Assembly: GCA_903900345.1 (NCBI GenBank)
Contig: CAIUMO010000001.1
Coordinates: 16,960 to 80,959, forward strand
Length of the DNA stretch: 64,000 nt
Source of the DNA: an uncultured bacterium
GTDB lineage: Bacteria > Patescibacteriota > Saccharimonadia > Saccharimonadales > Saccharimonadaceae
Direction of reading: 5' to 3'
In this document: one piece after another, positions 9,754 through 18,572 of the stretch
How positions within the stretch are numbered: position 1 is the stretch's first letter
Layout of the letters: the number at the start of each line of letters is the position of its first letter
The notes under the pieces: model-generated
Databases searched by the model: none
Seen by the model: the letters and a program-made list of their open reading frames with translations, nothing else
Told to the model about the DNA's origin: nothing
Translations under genes and position numbers: made by a program

Positions 9754-10032
9754 ATGGCCAAGACATTGACCGGTATCGTTACGTCGGACGTAGCGAACAA
9801 AACCATTACCGTCGCTGTTACTAGTCGTGAAACACATCCTATTTATGGTAAGCAGTATACTGTTAACCGCAAATATACTGTCCACGATGAGAACAACGAG
9901 GCAAAGATTGGGGACAAAGTCACTATTTCAGAGACTCGTCCTTATTCCAAGACTAAAACCTATAAACTCGATGTAATTGTCGAAAAATCACATGGTCTGA
10001 TTGAACTAAAACAAGACGTGGTAGAGGCATAA
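9754..10032 (+). CDS. rpsQ: 30S ribosomal protein S17
   Basis: 92 aa. [16 protein letters not shown] and [13 protein letters not shown] motifs. Confidence 0.93.
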   Translation: MAKTLTGIVTSDVANKTITVAVTSRETHPIYGKQYTVNRKYTVHDENNEAKIGDKVTISETRPYSKTKTYKLDVIVEKSHGLIELKQDVVEA

Positions 10033-10033
10033 T

Positions 10034-10402
10034 ATGATACAACAAGAATCCCGCCTAAAAGTAGCCGACAACTCTGGTGCAAAAGAAATTTACTGCATCC
10101 GTGTTCTTGGTGGTACAAAACGCCATTACGCAGGTGTTGGTGATATTATTGTCGCCAGTGTCAAAGTAGCTTCAGCTAACGGTATTGTTAAGCGTAAATC
10201 AGTCGTCAAGGCTGTAGTAGTACGTACTCGTGATCAAATTCAACGCAAAGACGGTTCGACGATTGCGTTTGACGACAATGCCGCTGTGATTATCGGTGAC
10301 GATAAGCTTCCACGTGGTACACGTGTCTTTGGACCTGTACCTAGGGAGTTGCGCGATCTTGGCTATCCTAAAATCATTAGCTTAGCTCCGGAGGTACTCT
10401 AA
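10034..10402 (+). CDS. rplN: 50S ribosomal protein L14
   Basis: 122 aa. [18 protein letters not shown]-terminus. Confidence 0.97.
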   Translation: MIQQESRLKVADNSGAKEIYCIRVLGGTKRHYAGVGDIIVASVKVASANGIVKRKSVVKAVVVRTRDQIQRKDGSTIAFDDNAAVIIGDDKLPRGTRVFGPVPRELRDLGYPKIISLAPEVL

Positions 10403-10403
10403 T

Positions 10404-10733
10404 ATGTCAGCTACCAAGAAAATCATCAAAGGTGATATCGTCAAAATTATCAGTGGCGCTAAAAAAGGCGTAACTGGTAAAGTTCTTCAAGTTTTAGCTA
10501 AAAAGAACGCTGTGCTTGTCGAGGGTGTTGGTAATATTCACCGCAACGTCAAGCCATCTCAGCAAAATCCACGTGGTGGACACAAAGATATTCATGTTGC
10601 AACACCTATCAGCAAAGTTGCCCTGATTGTCGATGAAAAAACTGGCAAAACGAGTCGCGTTGGTCTAATTAAAAACGCCGATGGCAAAAAAGCCCGAGTT
10701 GCCCGACAAATTAAGAATAAGGAGATAAAGTAA
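10404..10733 (+). CDS. rplX: 50S ribosomal protein L24
   Basis: 109 aa. KOW motif GDIVKIISGAKKGVTGKV. Confidence 0.93.
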   Translation: MSATKKIIKGDIVKIISGAKKGVTGKVLQVLAKKNAVLVEGVGNIHRNVKPSQQNPRGGHKDIHVATPISKVALIVDEKTGKTSRVGLIKNADGKKARVARQIKNKEIK

Positions 10734-11314
10734 TGGTAAAAGCAACTACTATCAACACTCCTCGCCTGAAAGCCTTATACAAAGAGAAATTTGTTAAGGA
10801 ACTACAAGCCGAATTGAAACTAGGAAACATTCACCAAGTTCCAAAGATTGAAAAGATTGTAGTCAGCGTAGGAACTGGTAAAAATAAAGACGACAAACGT
10901 TATTATGAAGCCGTTCATAATACGATCGTCAAGATCACTGGACAAGCTCCAGTTGATCGTATGGCCAAAAAATCAATTGCAAGCTTCAAAATTCGTGCCG
11001 GTTTGAACCGTGTTGGTATCAGCGTGACTCTACGTGGCGCTCGTATGTACGAATTCTTGGATCGCTTTGTTAACATCTCGTTGCCACGTGTTCGTGACTT
11101 TCACGGTGTTAGCGCTAAGGCTTTTGACAAATCAGGCAATTACAACCTCGGTATCGTCGAACAATCAATCTTTCCAGAACTTACTTTCGAAGAAACGCAG
11201 ATTATTCATGGTCTACAGATTACTTTTGTAATCTCTGGCGGTGAAGCGGACTATAGTCGAGCATTACTTGAGAAATTTGGTATTCCATTTGAGAAACAAG
11301 GAGGCAAAAACTAA
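10733..11314 (+). CDS. rplE: 50S ribosomal protein L5
   Basis: 193 aa. L5 core ([21 protein letters not shown]). Confidence 0.96.
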   Translation: MVKATTINTPRLKALYKEKFVKELQAELKLGNIHQVPKIEKIVVSVGTGKNKDDKRYYEAVHNTIVKITGQAPVDRMAKKSIASFKIRAGLNRVGISVTLRGARMYEFLDRFVNISLPRVRDFHGVSAKAFDKSGNYNLGIVEQSIFPELTFEETQIIHGLQITFVISGGEADYSRALLEKFGIPFEKQGGKN

Positions 11315-11583
11315 TGGCTAAAAAATCTGCTATCGCTCGCGATGAAAAACGTAAAAAGATGATCATTAAGTTTGCTGCTAAACGAGCTGAACTTAAAGAG
11401 ATGGGTGACCAAGAGGGTCTAGCTAAATTGCCATTGAACAGTTCTCCAACTCGTTGGAAGAACCGTGACGCGCTTCATGGCCGACCACATGCTTATATGC
11501 GCCGTTTTGGTTTAAATCGTATTAACTTCCGTGAAAAAGCCTCAAAAGGCGAAATTCCCGGCGTAACAAAGAGTAGTTGGTAG
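11314..11583 (+). CDS. rpsN: 30S ribosomal protein S14, long Cys-less form
   Basis: 89 aa. C-terminus [27 protein letters not shown]. No CxxC pairs. Confidence 0.93.
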   Translation: MAKKSAIARDEKRKKMIIKFAAKRAELKEMGDQEGLAKLPLNSSPTRWKNRDALHGRPHAYMRRFGLNRINFREKASKGEIPGVTKSSW

Positions 11584-11598
11584 GAAAGGAATAAAAAT

Positions 11599-12000
11599 AT
11601 GTCATTACAATCTACAGACCCAATCGCTGACCTACTAACTCGCATTCGTAACGCAGTATTAGTTGGCAAGAATGAAATCAGAGTTCCTTCTAGTAAATTA
11701 AAAGTAACTATTGCCAAGCAGTTGAAGAAATCTAACTACTTGAGCGAAGTTAAAGTTGAAGCTGGCAAGCCACGTGACGTGTTGGTAATTACTATCAACA
11801 AGCTAGGTGAAAACTCAACTATCACTGAAATCACCCGTTTATCTAAACCTGGACGACGTGTTTATGTCGGTGCCGGTGAAATCCCAAGAGTCAAGAATGG
11901 TCGTGGTATGGTACTTATCAGCACTAGCAAAGGTGTTGTTACTGGCCAAACTGCTATCAAAGAACGACTTGGCGGCGAATTACTATTAAAGGTATATTAA
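11599..12000 (+). CDS. rpsH: 30S ribosomal protein S8
   Basis: 133 aa. DPIADLLTRIRNA motif. Confidence 0.96.
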   Translation: MSLQSTDPIADLLTRIRNAVLVGKNEIRVPSSKLKVTIAKQLKKSNYLSEVKVEAGKPRDVLVITINKLGENSTITEITRLSKPGRRVYVGAGEIPRVKNGRGMVLISTSKGVVTGQTAIKERLGGELLLKVY

Positions 12001-12024
12001 AAGAGTAAATAAAGGAAAATAATT

Positions 12025-12558
12025 ATGAGTCGAATCGGAAAACTACCAATTGACGTACCAGCCGGTGTGACAATCACGGTTGACTCAGATGTTGTTACTG
12101 TCAAAGGACCAAAAGGTCAATTGATAGTACCTCACCTGAGCGACGTGACAGTTGCCCTTGATGGTGCACAAGCAATCGTTACTCGCAAAGATGACGAATT
12201 TATCGCTAAAGCTCAACACGGCTTGCAACGAGCCTTGTTAAATAACGCTGTTATCGGTGTTACTAAGGGCTACGAAAAGAAACTAGAAGTTAACGGTGTT
12301 GGTTATCGTGTTAACGGTGGTGGCAATAAAATTGAATTGCTATTAGGCTTTTCACACCCCGTAAATTACGTTGCCAAAGATGGCATTTCACTAGTTGTCG
12401 AAAAAATGACGATCACAGTTGTCGGTATCGACAAACAAGCTGTTGGTCAAACTGCTGCCGAAATTCGTGCTATCAAAAAGCCTGAACCTTACAAGGGCAA
12501 AGGTATTAAATACGCCGATGAGGTATTACGCCACAAGGCTGGAAAGGCTGGTAAATAA
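12025..12558 (+). CDS. rplF: 50S ribosomal protein L6
   Basis: 177 aa. MSRIGKLPI N-terminus. Confidence 0.96.
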   Translation: MSRIGKLPIDVPAGVTITVDSDVVTVKGPKGQLIVPHLSDVTVALDGAQAIVTRKDDEFIAKAQHGLQRALLNNAVIGVTKGYEKKLEVNGVGYRVNGGGNKIELLLGFSHPVNYVAKDGISLVVEKMTITVVGIDKQAVGQTAAEIRAIKKPEPYKGKGIKYADEVLRHKAGKAGK

Positions 12559-12559
12559 T

Positions 12560-12913
12560 ATGGCTAATTTAGTAAAAAAACTTATCAATCAAGGTCTTCG
12601 TAAGGCCCGTGTCCGAGCTAAGGTCTCTGGAACCGCTGTTCGTCCACGCCTAAGCGTATCGATCAGTAACAAACACGTTAGCGCTCAATTGATTGACGAT
12701 GTTAATCAAAAGACGTTAGTTGCTAGTACGACTGTTGGTACCAAACAAACTGGTACTATCACCGAACAAGCCGCTATAATCGGTGCAGATATCGCTAAAA
12801 AAGCTAAAAAAGCTAAAATTAATGCCGCTGTATTTGATCGCAACGGTCGCCAGTACGCTGGACGATTAAGCGCGCTTGCAGATGCTGCACGCAAGGAAGG
12901 TTTGGAGTTTTAA
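12560..12913 (+). CDS. rplR: 50S ribosomal protein L18
   Basis: The ORF track starts at 12419 inside rplF. The in-frame ATG at 12560, just after the rplF stop, gives a 117-aa L18 (RPRLSVSISNKHVSAQLIDD, FDRNGRQYAGR). Confidence 0.93.
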   Translation: MANLVKKLINQGLRKARVRAKVSGTAVRPRLSVSISNKHVSAQLIDDVNQKTLVASTTVGTKQTGTITEQAAIIGADIAKKAKKAKINAAVFDRNGRQYAGRLSALADAARKEGLEF

Positions 12914-12915
12914 TC

Positions 12916-13503
12916 ATGGCCGAAGCTACTACAAAAGCTGTATCTAATTCACGAGCACCACGATCTAATAATGGTCGACGCGAACAGACACCAGCTGAAC
13001 CAAAACAATTTGAAGAATTAACTATCAATATCGATCGCGTGTCTCGCGTTGTCAAAGGTGGACGACGTTTCCGCTTTAAGGCGCTAGTCGTCGTTGGCGA
13101 CCGCAAAACCAAAGTTGGTATCGGCGTTGCTAAAGGCGCAGACGTTCAGGCTGCCATCGCTAAAGCTGCCGATGTTGCTAAAAAGCAAATTATAACCGTT
13201 GCTATTGATAAAGGCACGATTCCTCATGATGCTGAAATCAGATTATCTGGCGCTCAAGTTCTACTACGCCCAGCTTCTCCTGGTACTGGTATCATTGCCG
13301 GTGGTGTTGTTCGATCAATTATCGGTGTAACTGGTATTACTGATCTATTATCAAAATCACTCGGATCAACCAACAAAGTTAACATTGCTTATGCAACAAT
13401 CGAAGCACTTCGTAGCCTAGTTCCTAAAGACGAATGGCTTAACGCAACTTCAAAAAAGCCTAGCGCTAAAAAGGTTGTAAGTGAGGAGAAAAGCAATGAC
13501 TAA
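12916..13503 (+). CDS. rpsE: 30S ribosomal protein S5 (N-terminal extension)
   Basis: 195 aa. RVSRVVKGGRRFRFKALVVVGD motif. Confidence 0.95.
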   Translation: MAEATTKAVSNSRAPRSNNGRREQTPAEPKQFEELTINIDRVSRVVKGGRRFRFKALVVVGDRKTKVGIGVAKGADVQAAIAKAADVAKKQIITVAIDKGTIPHDAEIRLSGAQVLLRPASPGTGIIAGGVVRSIIGVTGITDLLSKSLGSTNKVNIAYATIEALRSLVPKDEWLNATSKKPSAKKVVSEEKSND

Positions 13504-13969
13504 GTATAACGAACTTCAAGTTGAATCAAACAAAAAAATCAAACGCGTTGGTCGTGGTATCGCATCAGGTCAGGGTAAAACCGCTGGCCGTGGTACTAAG
13601 GGTCAAAAATCGCGTACTGGTAAAAAGTTACGCCCAATGTTTGCCGGTGGATCAGGTTCTTTGGTTCGACGAGCACCAAAATCGAGTGGTTTTAAATCAC
13701 TTCGAACTCCAGCTCAAGTTGTCTATTTGGACCACTTGAACGTGTTCAAAGGTAAACTTGTTAGCAACGAAACTTTACATAAAGCTGGCTACATTTCGTC
13801 ACCATATCAAGCTGTCAAAGTCATCCTGCGCGGTGAATTGACTGAAAAGATTGATTTGCACGTAGCTGGTGCCAGTAAAAGTGTGCGCGAAGCTGTTACC
13901 AAAGCTGGTGGCACTTTTGTAAAAACTGCGGTACCATTAAAAGTAAGTACCAAGTCAGATAGCAAGTAG
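13496..13969 (+). CDS. rplO: 50S ribosomal protein L15
   Basis: ATG 13496 follows GAGGAG. The ORF track's GTG at 13481 is less likely. GRGIASGQGKTAGRGTKGQKSR motif. Overlaps the rpsE end, so no rpmD lies between them. Confidence 0.92.
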   Translation: MTKYNELQVESNKKIKRVGRGIASGQGKTAGRGTKGQKSRTGKKLRPMFAGGSGSLVRRAPKSSGFKSLRTPAQVVYLDHLNVFKGKLVSNETLHKAGYISSPYQAVKVILRGELTEKIDLHVAGASKSVREAVTKAGGTFVKTAVPLKVSTKSDSK

Positions 13970-14067
13970 TAATTTAAAATTGTTACACTTTCCAGGGTAT
14001 CGGATGATACCCTGCGGAGTAGCAACAAATTTCCGTCAAGTAACATAACTGAAAGAGGGTAGAGCTG

Positions 14068-15474
14068 ATGATGAACTGGAAAACAATCTTTCGATCACTA
14101 AAGAATCGCGACATGTTAAAGCGACTTTTGATCTTACTAAGTATTATTGTAGCCTATCGACTGCTGGCACACGTACCAGTACCATTAGCTTCACCATCAC
14201 AGCTCAAAGATGTCGTTAATAGCATTGTTAACGGTTCAGATCTTGGTGGATTCCTCAACCTGCTATCTGGTGGAGCGCTAACCAGCTTCTCAATTGTACT
14301 AGTCGGCATGAGCCCATTTATTACCTCGTCGATTATTACTCAGTTATTGACTAAAGCCATTCCAAAGCTAGAAGAACTCCACAAAGACGGTGAATCTGGC
14401 CGCCGTAAGATCAATCAGTGGACACGTCTAATCGCGGTGCCGCTGTCAATTGTTCAGTCGATTGCTTTTATTTACATATTACGCCAAACAGTTTTGTCTG
14501 GATCATTAGCCAATACAACTTTAATGAGTTGGATTGTAGCTGTTACGGCTATGAGTGCTGGTTCAATTATATTGATGTGGTTCGGCGAATTAATTACCGA
14601 ACAAGGTGTCGGCAACGGTATCAGCTTGATAATTTTTGCTGGTATTATCAGTCAATTGCCTAAGACAATGGCTACAATCGGCAGTTCGGTCTTTAATACG
14701 TCGTCAGGTAGTCTCAGCGTTTTTGGCTGGTTTACTTTACCAGTTAATCCATCATCCTTCTGGGTTACTTTGTCGATTTTGTTGGTGTCGCTAATGATTT
14801 TATACATATTAGTCAAGGTTAACGAAGCACAACGAGTGCTGACGATTAATTATGCCAAACGTGTTCATGGTAACAGTAGCTATGGCGGCATCAAGAGTAT
14901 TTTACCAGTTAAATTAATTGCGGCTAACGTTATCCCAATCATCTTTGCGGTAGCCTTTTTGTCATTGCCAGCTTTTGTTGGTCAAATTCTAAAAGCAACT
15001 AATAACCCAGCCTATGCAACCGTCGCCGCTAATTTAATAGCCTGGTTCCAGGCACCAAGCGCAGGTAGCTTTACTGGCTCAACGCTACAGGCCTTTATTT
15101 ATCCAGCGGCTTACTTTTTGTTAGTTATCGTCTTTACATACTTTTACACCGGTATTATCTTTAACTCTAATGAAATTGCCGAGAACCTTCAAAAGCAAGG
15201 TGGTTTTATTGAAGGTGTCCGACCAGGCAAGCAAACCGAAGATTATCTCAACCGTACTGTCAACCGTTTAACCCTCTTCGGCTCATTAACGCTTGGATTG
15301 ATCGCAGTTATGCCATTTATCGGTGAATACTTACTTTATAGTATCGCTGGTGTCACTAATAGTAATCTATCGATTGGCGGTACTGGACTTCTGATCGTAG
15401 TTTCAGTGGCTCTTGAGTCATTACGACAGGTCAACTCGCGCGCCTTGATGGTTACCTACGACGACTATAAATAG
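14068..15474 (+). CDS. secY: Preprotein translocase subunit SecY
   Basis: 468 aa with 10 hydrophobic segments. SecY motifs (GMSPFITSSIITQLL, GELITEQGVGNGISLIIF). Confidence 0.96.
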   Translation: MMNWKTIFRSLKNRDMLKRLLILLSIIVAYRLLAHVPVPLASPSQLKDVVNSIVNGSDLGGFLNLLSGGALTSFSIVLVGMSPFITSSIITQLLTKAIPKLEELHKDGESGRRKINQWTRLIAVPLSIVQSIAFIYILRQTVLSGSLANTTLMSWIVAVTAMSAGSIILMWFGELITEQGVGNGISLIIFAGIISQLPKTMATIGSSVFNTSSGSLSVFGWFTLPVNPSSFWVTLSILLVSLMILYILVKVNEAQRVLTINYAKRVHGNSSYGGIKSILPVKLIAANVIPIIFAVAFLSLPAFVGQILKATNNPAYATVAANLIAWFQAPSAGSFTGSTLQAFIYPAAYFLLVIVFTYFYTGIIFNSNEIAENLQKQGGFIEGVRPGKQTEDYLNRTVNRLTLFGSLTLGLIAVMPFIGEYLLYSIAGVTNSNLSIGGTGLLIVVSVALESLRQVNSRALMVTYDDYK

Positions 15475-15548
15475 TAGTTGGTAGGTGTTAGATGGTAGTT
15501 AGTAAAAATGCTAGCTACTAGCATAAGCTCTATGATAAGATATTTGTA

Positions 15549-16598
15549 ATGCGGAGCAAAATAAAAAAAATCAAATCAAATGGCTTTTCGACATTAGAAT
15601 TGACCCTTATCATCATAACTATTGTTGCCGTTGTCGTAGTAGCCGCTGTTATCTATCAAGGAATAACAAAAAAGGCAGCTATCTCGGATGTACAAGCTGA
15701 TCTTACAGACGCATCTAGTATACTTATGTCCGACAAATCAGCTACTGGTAGTTTTCCGTTGTCACTGACAATTGCTAACCATGGCAAAGGCATCACCAGC
15801 CGGCCTGGAGTTGAATATCAATACGAAGTTAATAATACGACTACACCTAAAACGTTCTGTATTACGGCCGCCAAGGACTCTAATGGCTATAAAGTAGCTA
15901 ATGGCGGAGTGCCAACGGCTGGAAGTTGCACCGGTTATCACGCTATGATGTATCTAGATGCCGGCAATTCCTTGTCATATAACGCTGCCAGCACGATCTG
16001 GTCTGATATGAGTGGTCACAAAAACGACTTAACGTTATTGAACGGTGTTGGTTATGATAGCCAAAATGGCGGAGCTTTAATCTTTGATGGTGTTGATGAC
16101 TATGCTCAAAAGGACGTTAAAGGGGCATTTATTAGTGACCCAGCCTTAAACAATTACAAATTATCATTCTCATTTTGGGTAAACGTACTATCGAGTAATT
16201 CATATTATATAATTAGCAGCGGTTCACAGACCGCAAGTTCTGGTATATCATTCAGCTATCAAGCCGGTGGTCCTTTCTATAGCATTAGAGGTGCGACCAA
16301 AAGAGTATCGTCTGATGTTGGTGATTTTCCTTTGAACGTTTGGACGAATTGGACAGTAACATCTGATGGCACAAACAGCTATCTATATAAAAATGGCGCT
16401 TTGCAGTCCTCAACGGCATTTATTGCAGGTGGTGGCGAAGCTAAATATACCGATTTAACGATTGGCACGCCAAATAATACCAAAGGCAAGTATATGTCCA
16501 ACATGAAGTTCGCCTCACTTGTTATCTACGATCGGACTTTAACCGCCAAGGAAGTTCAACAGAACTTCGATTCCAGCCGCAGCCGATACGGCATATAA
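15549..16598 (+). CDS. Type IV pilin-like protein with a C-terminal LamG/concanavalin-like lectin domain
   Basis: N-terminus MRSKIKKIKSNG/FSTLELTLIIITIVAVVVV has a basic leader, Gly-1, Phe+1, Glu+5 and a hydrophobic helix (prepilin signature). The C-terminal ~200 aa has a LamG-jelly-roll pattern (LDAGNSLSY..WSDMSGHKNDLTL.NG..YDSQNGGALIFDGVDDY...FSFWV). Confidence 0.6.
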   Translation: MRSKIKKIKSNGFSTLELTLIIITIVAVVVVAAVIYQGITKKAAISDVQADLTDASSILMSDKSATGSFPLSLTIANHGKGITSRPGVEYQYEVNNTTTPKTFCITAAKDSNGYKVANGGVPTAGSCTGYHAMMYLDAGNSLSYNAASTIWSDMSGHKNDLTLLNGVGYDSQNGGALIFDGVDDYAQKDVKGAFISDPALNNYKLSFSFWVNVLSSNSYYIISSGSQTASSGISFSYQAGGPFYSIRGATKRVSSDVGDFPLNVWTNWTVTSDGTNSYLYKNGALQSSTAFIAGGGEAKYTDLTIGTPNNTKGKYMSNMKFASLVIYDRTLTAKEVQQNFDSSRSRYGI

Positions 16599-16601
16599 GA
16601 T

Positions 16602-16629
16602 TTGACATGTGTTCTGGCTGCGATATAAT
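16602..16629 (+). promoter_or_regulatory. Near-consensus sigma70 promoter upstream of infA
   Basis: TTGACA (16602-16607), 16-nt spacer, TATAAT (16624-16629). A second TGTATAAT lies nearer infA. Confidence 0.5.
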
Positions 16630-16730
16630 AGATATATAAATAGCGCAGAGCTTATAAATAAGCGTCAATTTTCTTGATATTAACTCTTTACGTTAGCCTT
16701 TAAGTGGTGTATAATTGGTTATTGTAACTT

Positions 16731-16955
16731 ATGACCAGTCTAAAAGAAGTAATTAAACTACAAGGTAAGGTGATAGAAGCACTGCCTAATACCCAGTTTA
16801 AGGTAGAACTTGTGAATGGTCATAGTATAATCGCCCACATTTCAGGTAAGATGCGCAAGCATTATATCCGACTTGTACCAGGCGACAAAGTGGAAGTCGA
16901 GTTGACTCCTTACGATCTCAGTAAGGGTAGAATCACTTTCCGCTTAAAAGATTAA
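16731..16955 (+). CDS. infA: Translation initiation factor IF-1
   Basis: 74 aa. S1-like fold sequence [20 protein letters not shown]...[27 protein letters not shown]. Confidence 0.96.
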   Translation: MTSLKEVIKLQGKVIEALPNTQFKVELVNGHSIIAHISGKMRKHYIRLVPGDKVEVELTPYDLSKGRITFRLKD

Positions 16956-16986
16956 ATTTAAGGTGAACAGGAGTTTTTAAACGCTC

Positions 16987-17103
16987 ATGAAAGTTCGTGC
17001 TAGTGTCAAAAAAATCAGTCCTGATGACCAATTAGTTCGTCGTAAAGGCGTTCTAAGGATCATTAATAAGAAAAAACCTAAGAACAAGCAAAGGCAGGGT
17101 TAA
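16987..17103 (+). CDS. rpmJ: 50S ribosomal protein L36 (Cys-less form; absent from the ORF track because it is under 60 aa)
   Basis: ATG 16987 to TAA 17101-17103 gives [38 protein letters not shown] (38 aa). Canonical L36 ends (MKVRASVKK...KQRQG) and the conserved infA-rpmJ-rpsM position. Confidence 0.85.
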   Translation: MKVRASVKKISPDDQLVRRKGVLRIINKKKPKNKQRQG

Positions 17104-17105
17104 GC

Positions 17106-17492
17106 ATGGCTCGAATCTCTGGGATTACAATCCCATCAGAAAAGCAAGTTCAGATCGCTTTGACGTATATTTACGGCATCGGTCCAAAATTTGCATCGAC
17201 TATCCTTGCGGCGGCTAAAGTAGAGCCGACCACTCGGGTGAAAGATCTCACCGAGGCTGAAGAACAACGTCTACGCGATGTAGTTGATGCCAATTACACC
17301 GTTGAAGGCGACCTACAGCGCTTGGTAACAAACAATATTAAGCGCCTAAAGGACATTAGTTCTTACAAAGGACTAAGACACAAGGCCGGTCTTCCGGTTC
17401 GTGGCCAACGTACCCGAACCAACGCCAAAACTCGTAAGGGTAAAGGTGTTGCGGTAGGTGGAACACAAAAGAAAGCAGCAACTAAGACTTAG
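17106..17492 (+). CDS. rpsM: 30S ribosomal protein S13
   Basis: 128 aa. [10 protein letters not shown] and [15 protein letters not shown] motifs. Confidence 0.97.
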   Translation: MARISGITIPSEKQVQIALTYIYGIGPKFASTILAAAKVEPTTRVKDLTEAEEQRLRDVVDANYTVEGDLQRLVTNNIKRLKDISSYKGLRHKAGLPVRGQRTRTNAKTRKGKGVAVGGTQKKAATKT

Positions 17493-17505
17493 AAAGGAAT
17501 AGATT

Positions 17506-17922
17506 ATGGCAGAAGCAAATACAACTACAACCAAAGCTACAGCTACGACTGCACGTAAAAAGCAACGCCGATCAGTTCCTGCTGGTCAGTTGCACGTTCA
17601 GGCAACTTTCAATAACACTATCGTAACTTTTACTGATAAAAAAGGTAATGTTTTAACAACTTCAAGCGCTGGAGCATCAGGTTTCCGCGGTAGCAAAAAG
17701 GGTACTGCATATGCATCCCAAATCGCTGCTGAAAAAGTTGCTGAAGTCGCTAAAAGTCAATTCGGTGCTAAATCAGTCGATGTTTTCGTCAAAGGCGTAG
17801 GTCTAGGACGAGATGCAGCGATTCGTGCTATGGGCAGCTACGAAATCCTAGTTGACAGTATCAAAGACGTAACCGGCGTGCCACATGGTGGTGTTCGTCC
17901 ACGTAAAGCGAGAAGGGCATAA
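17506..17922 (+). CDS. rpsK: 30S ribosomal protein S11
   Basis: 138 aa. FNNTIVTFTD..GN and PHGGVRP.K.RR motifs. Confidence 0.96.
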   Translation: MAEANTTTTKATATTARKKQRRSVPAGQLHVQATFNNTIVTFTDKKGNVLTTSSAGASGFRGSKKGTAYASQIAAEKVAEVAKSQFGAKSVDVFVKGVGLGRDAAIRAMGSYEILVDSIKDVTGVPHGGVRPRKARRA

Positions 17923-17925
17923 ACT

Positions 17926-18552
17926 ATGGCACGAGATACTTCCCCAATTGTTAAACAAAGCCGACGTGAAGGCTATGTTCTTCATCCAAAAGCTAACAAA
18001 GTCATGGCTAAAAAGACTGGTATTCCAGGTATGCACGCCAATGGCCGTCCAGGCAAAGCTAGCCTCTATCTAACACAATTACGTGAAAAGCAAAAAGTTC
18101 GCCGTACTTACGGCCTACTTGAAAAGCAATTCGCTAGATTGATGGAAGAAGCTGATCGCGTAAGTGGTCACGGACAACTTCCAGGCGAAGTTTTACTTCA
18201 ACTACTAGAACGACGTATTGACAACGCTGTTTATCGTGCTGGTTTTGCAACTAGCCGCCGCGCTGCTCGACAACTTGTCAGTCATGGTCACTTCATGTTG
18301 AACGGACGCCGTGTTGATATTCCATCAATTCGCCTAAAAGCTGGTGACGAGATTACAATCCGTCCCAAGAGTGCGAAGTCTGGCTACTTTAGTCAGATCG
18401 ACGAAATTACCAAGAATACCTTCCAAGGGCCTCTAAGCTGGCTAAAAAGTAATCCAGAGAAACTAACCATTTCTATCACTGGTTTGCCAAAGCGCGATGA
18501 AGCCGAAACTGATATTAAAGAACAGCTAATCGTTGAGTATTACTCACGTTAA
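17926..18552 (+). CDS. rpsD: 30S ribosomal protein S4
   Basis: 208 aa. S4 domain (RLDNAVYR.GFA.SR..ARQLV.HGH). Confidence 0.96.
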   Translation: MARDTSPIVKQSRREGYVLHPKANKVMAKKTGIPGMHANGRPGKASLYLTQLREKQKVRRTYGLLEKQFARLMEEADRVSGHGQLPGEVLLQLLERRIDNAVYRAGFATSRRAARQLVSHGHFMLNGRRVDIPSIRLKAGDEITIRPKSAKSGYFSQIDEITKNTFQGPLSWLKSNPEKLTISITGLPKRDEAETDIKEQLIVEYYSR

Positions 18553-18572
18553 AGGGTAAGGAACCTACTATA

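Noticed and set aside
12419-12559. 5' extensions of ORF-track calls (rplR from 12419, rplO from 13481, GH57 from 29609, ABC ATPase from 44058, kinase from 48760, GIY-YIG from 32065, DUF1566 from 41402)
   Set aside because: The extensions overlap upstream genes or promoter boxes and use non-ATG or Shine-Dalgarno-less starts. Downstream ATGs with Shine-Dalgarno sequences or stop/start coupling fit the ortholog N-termini better.
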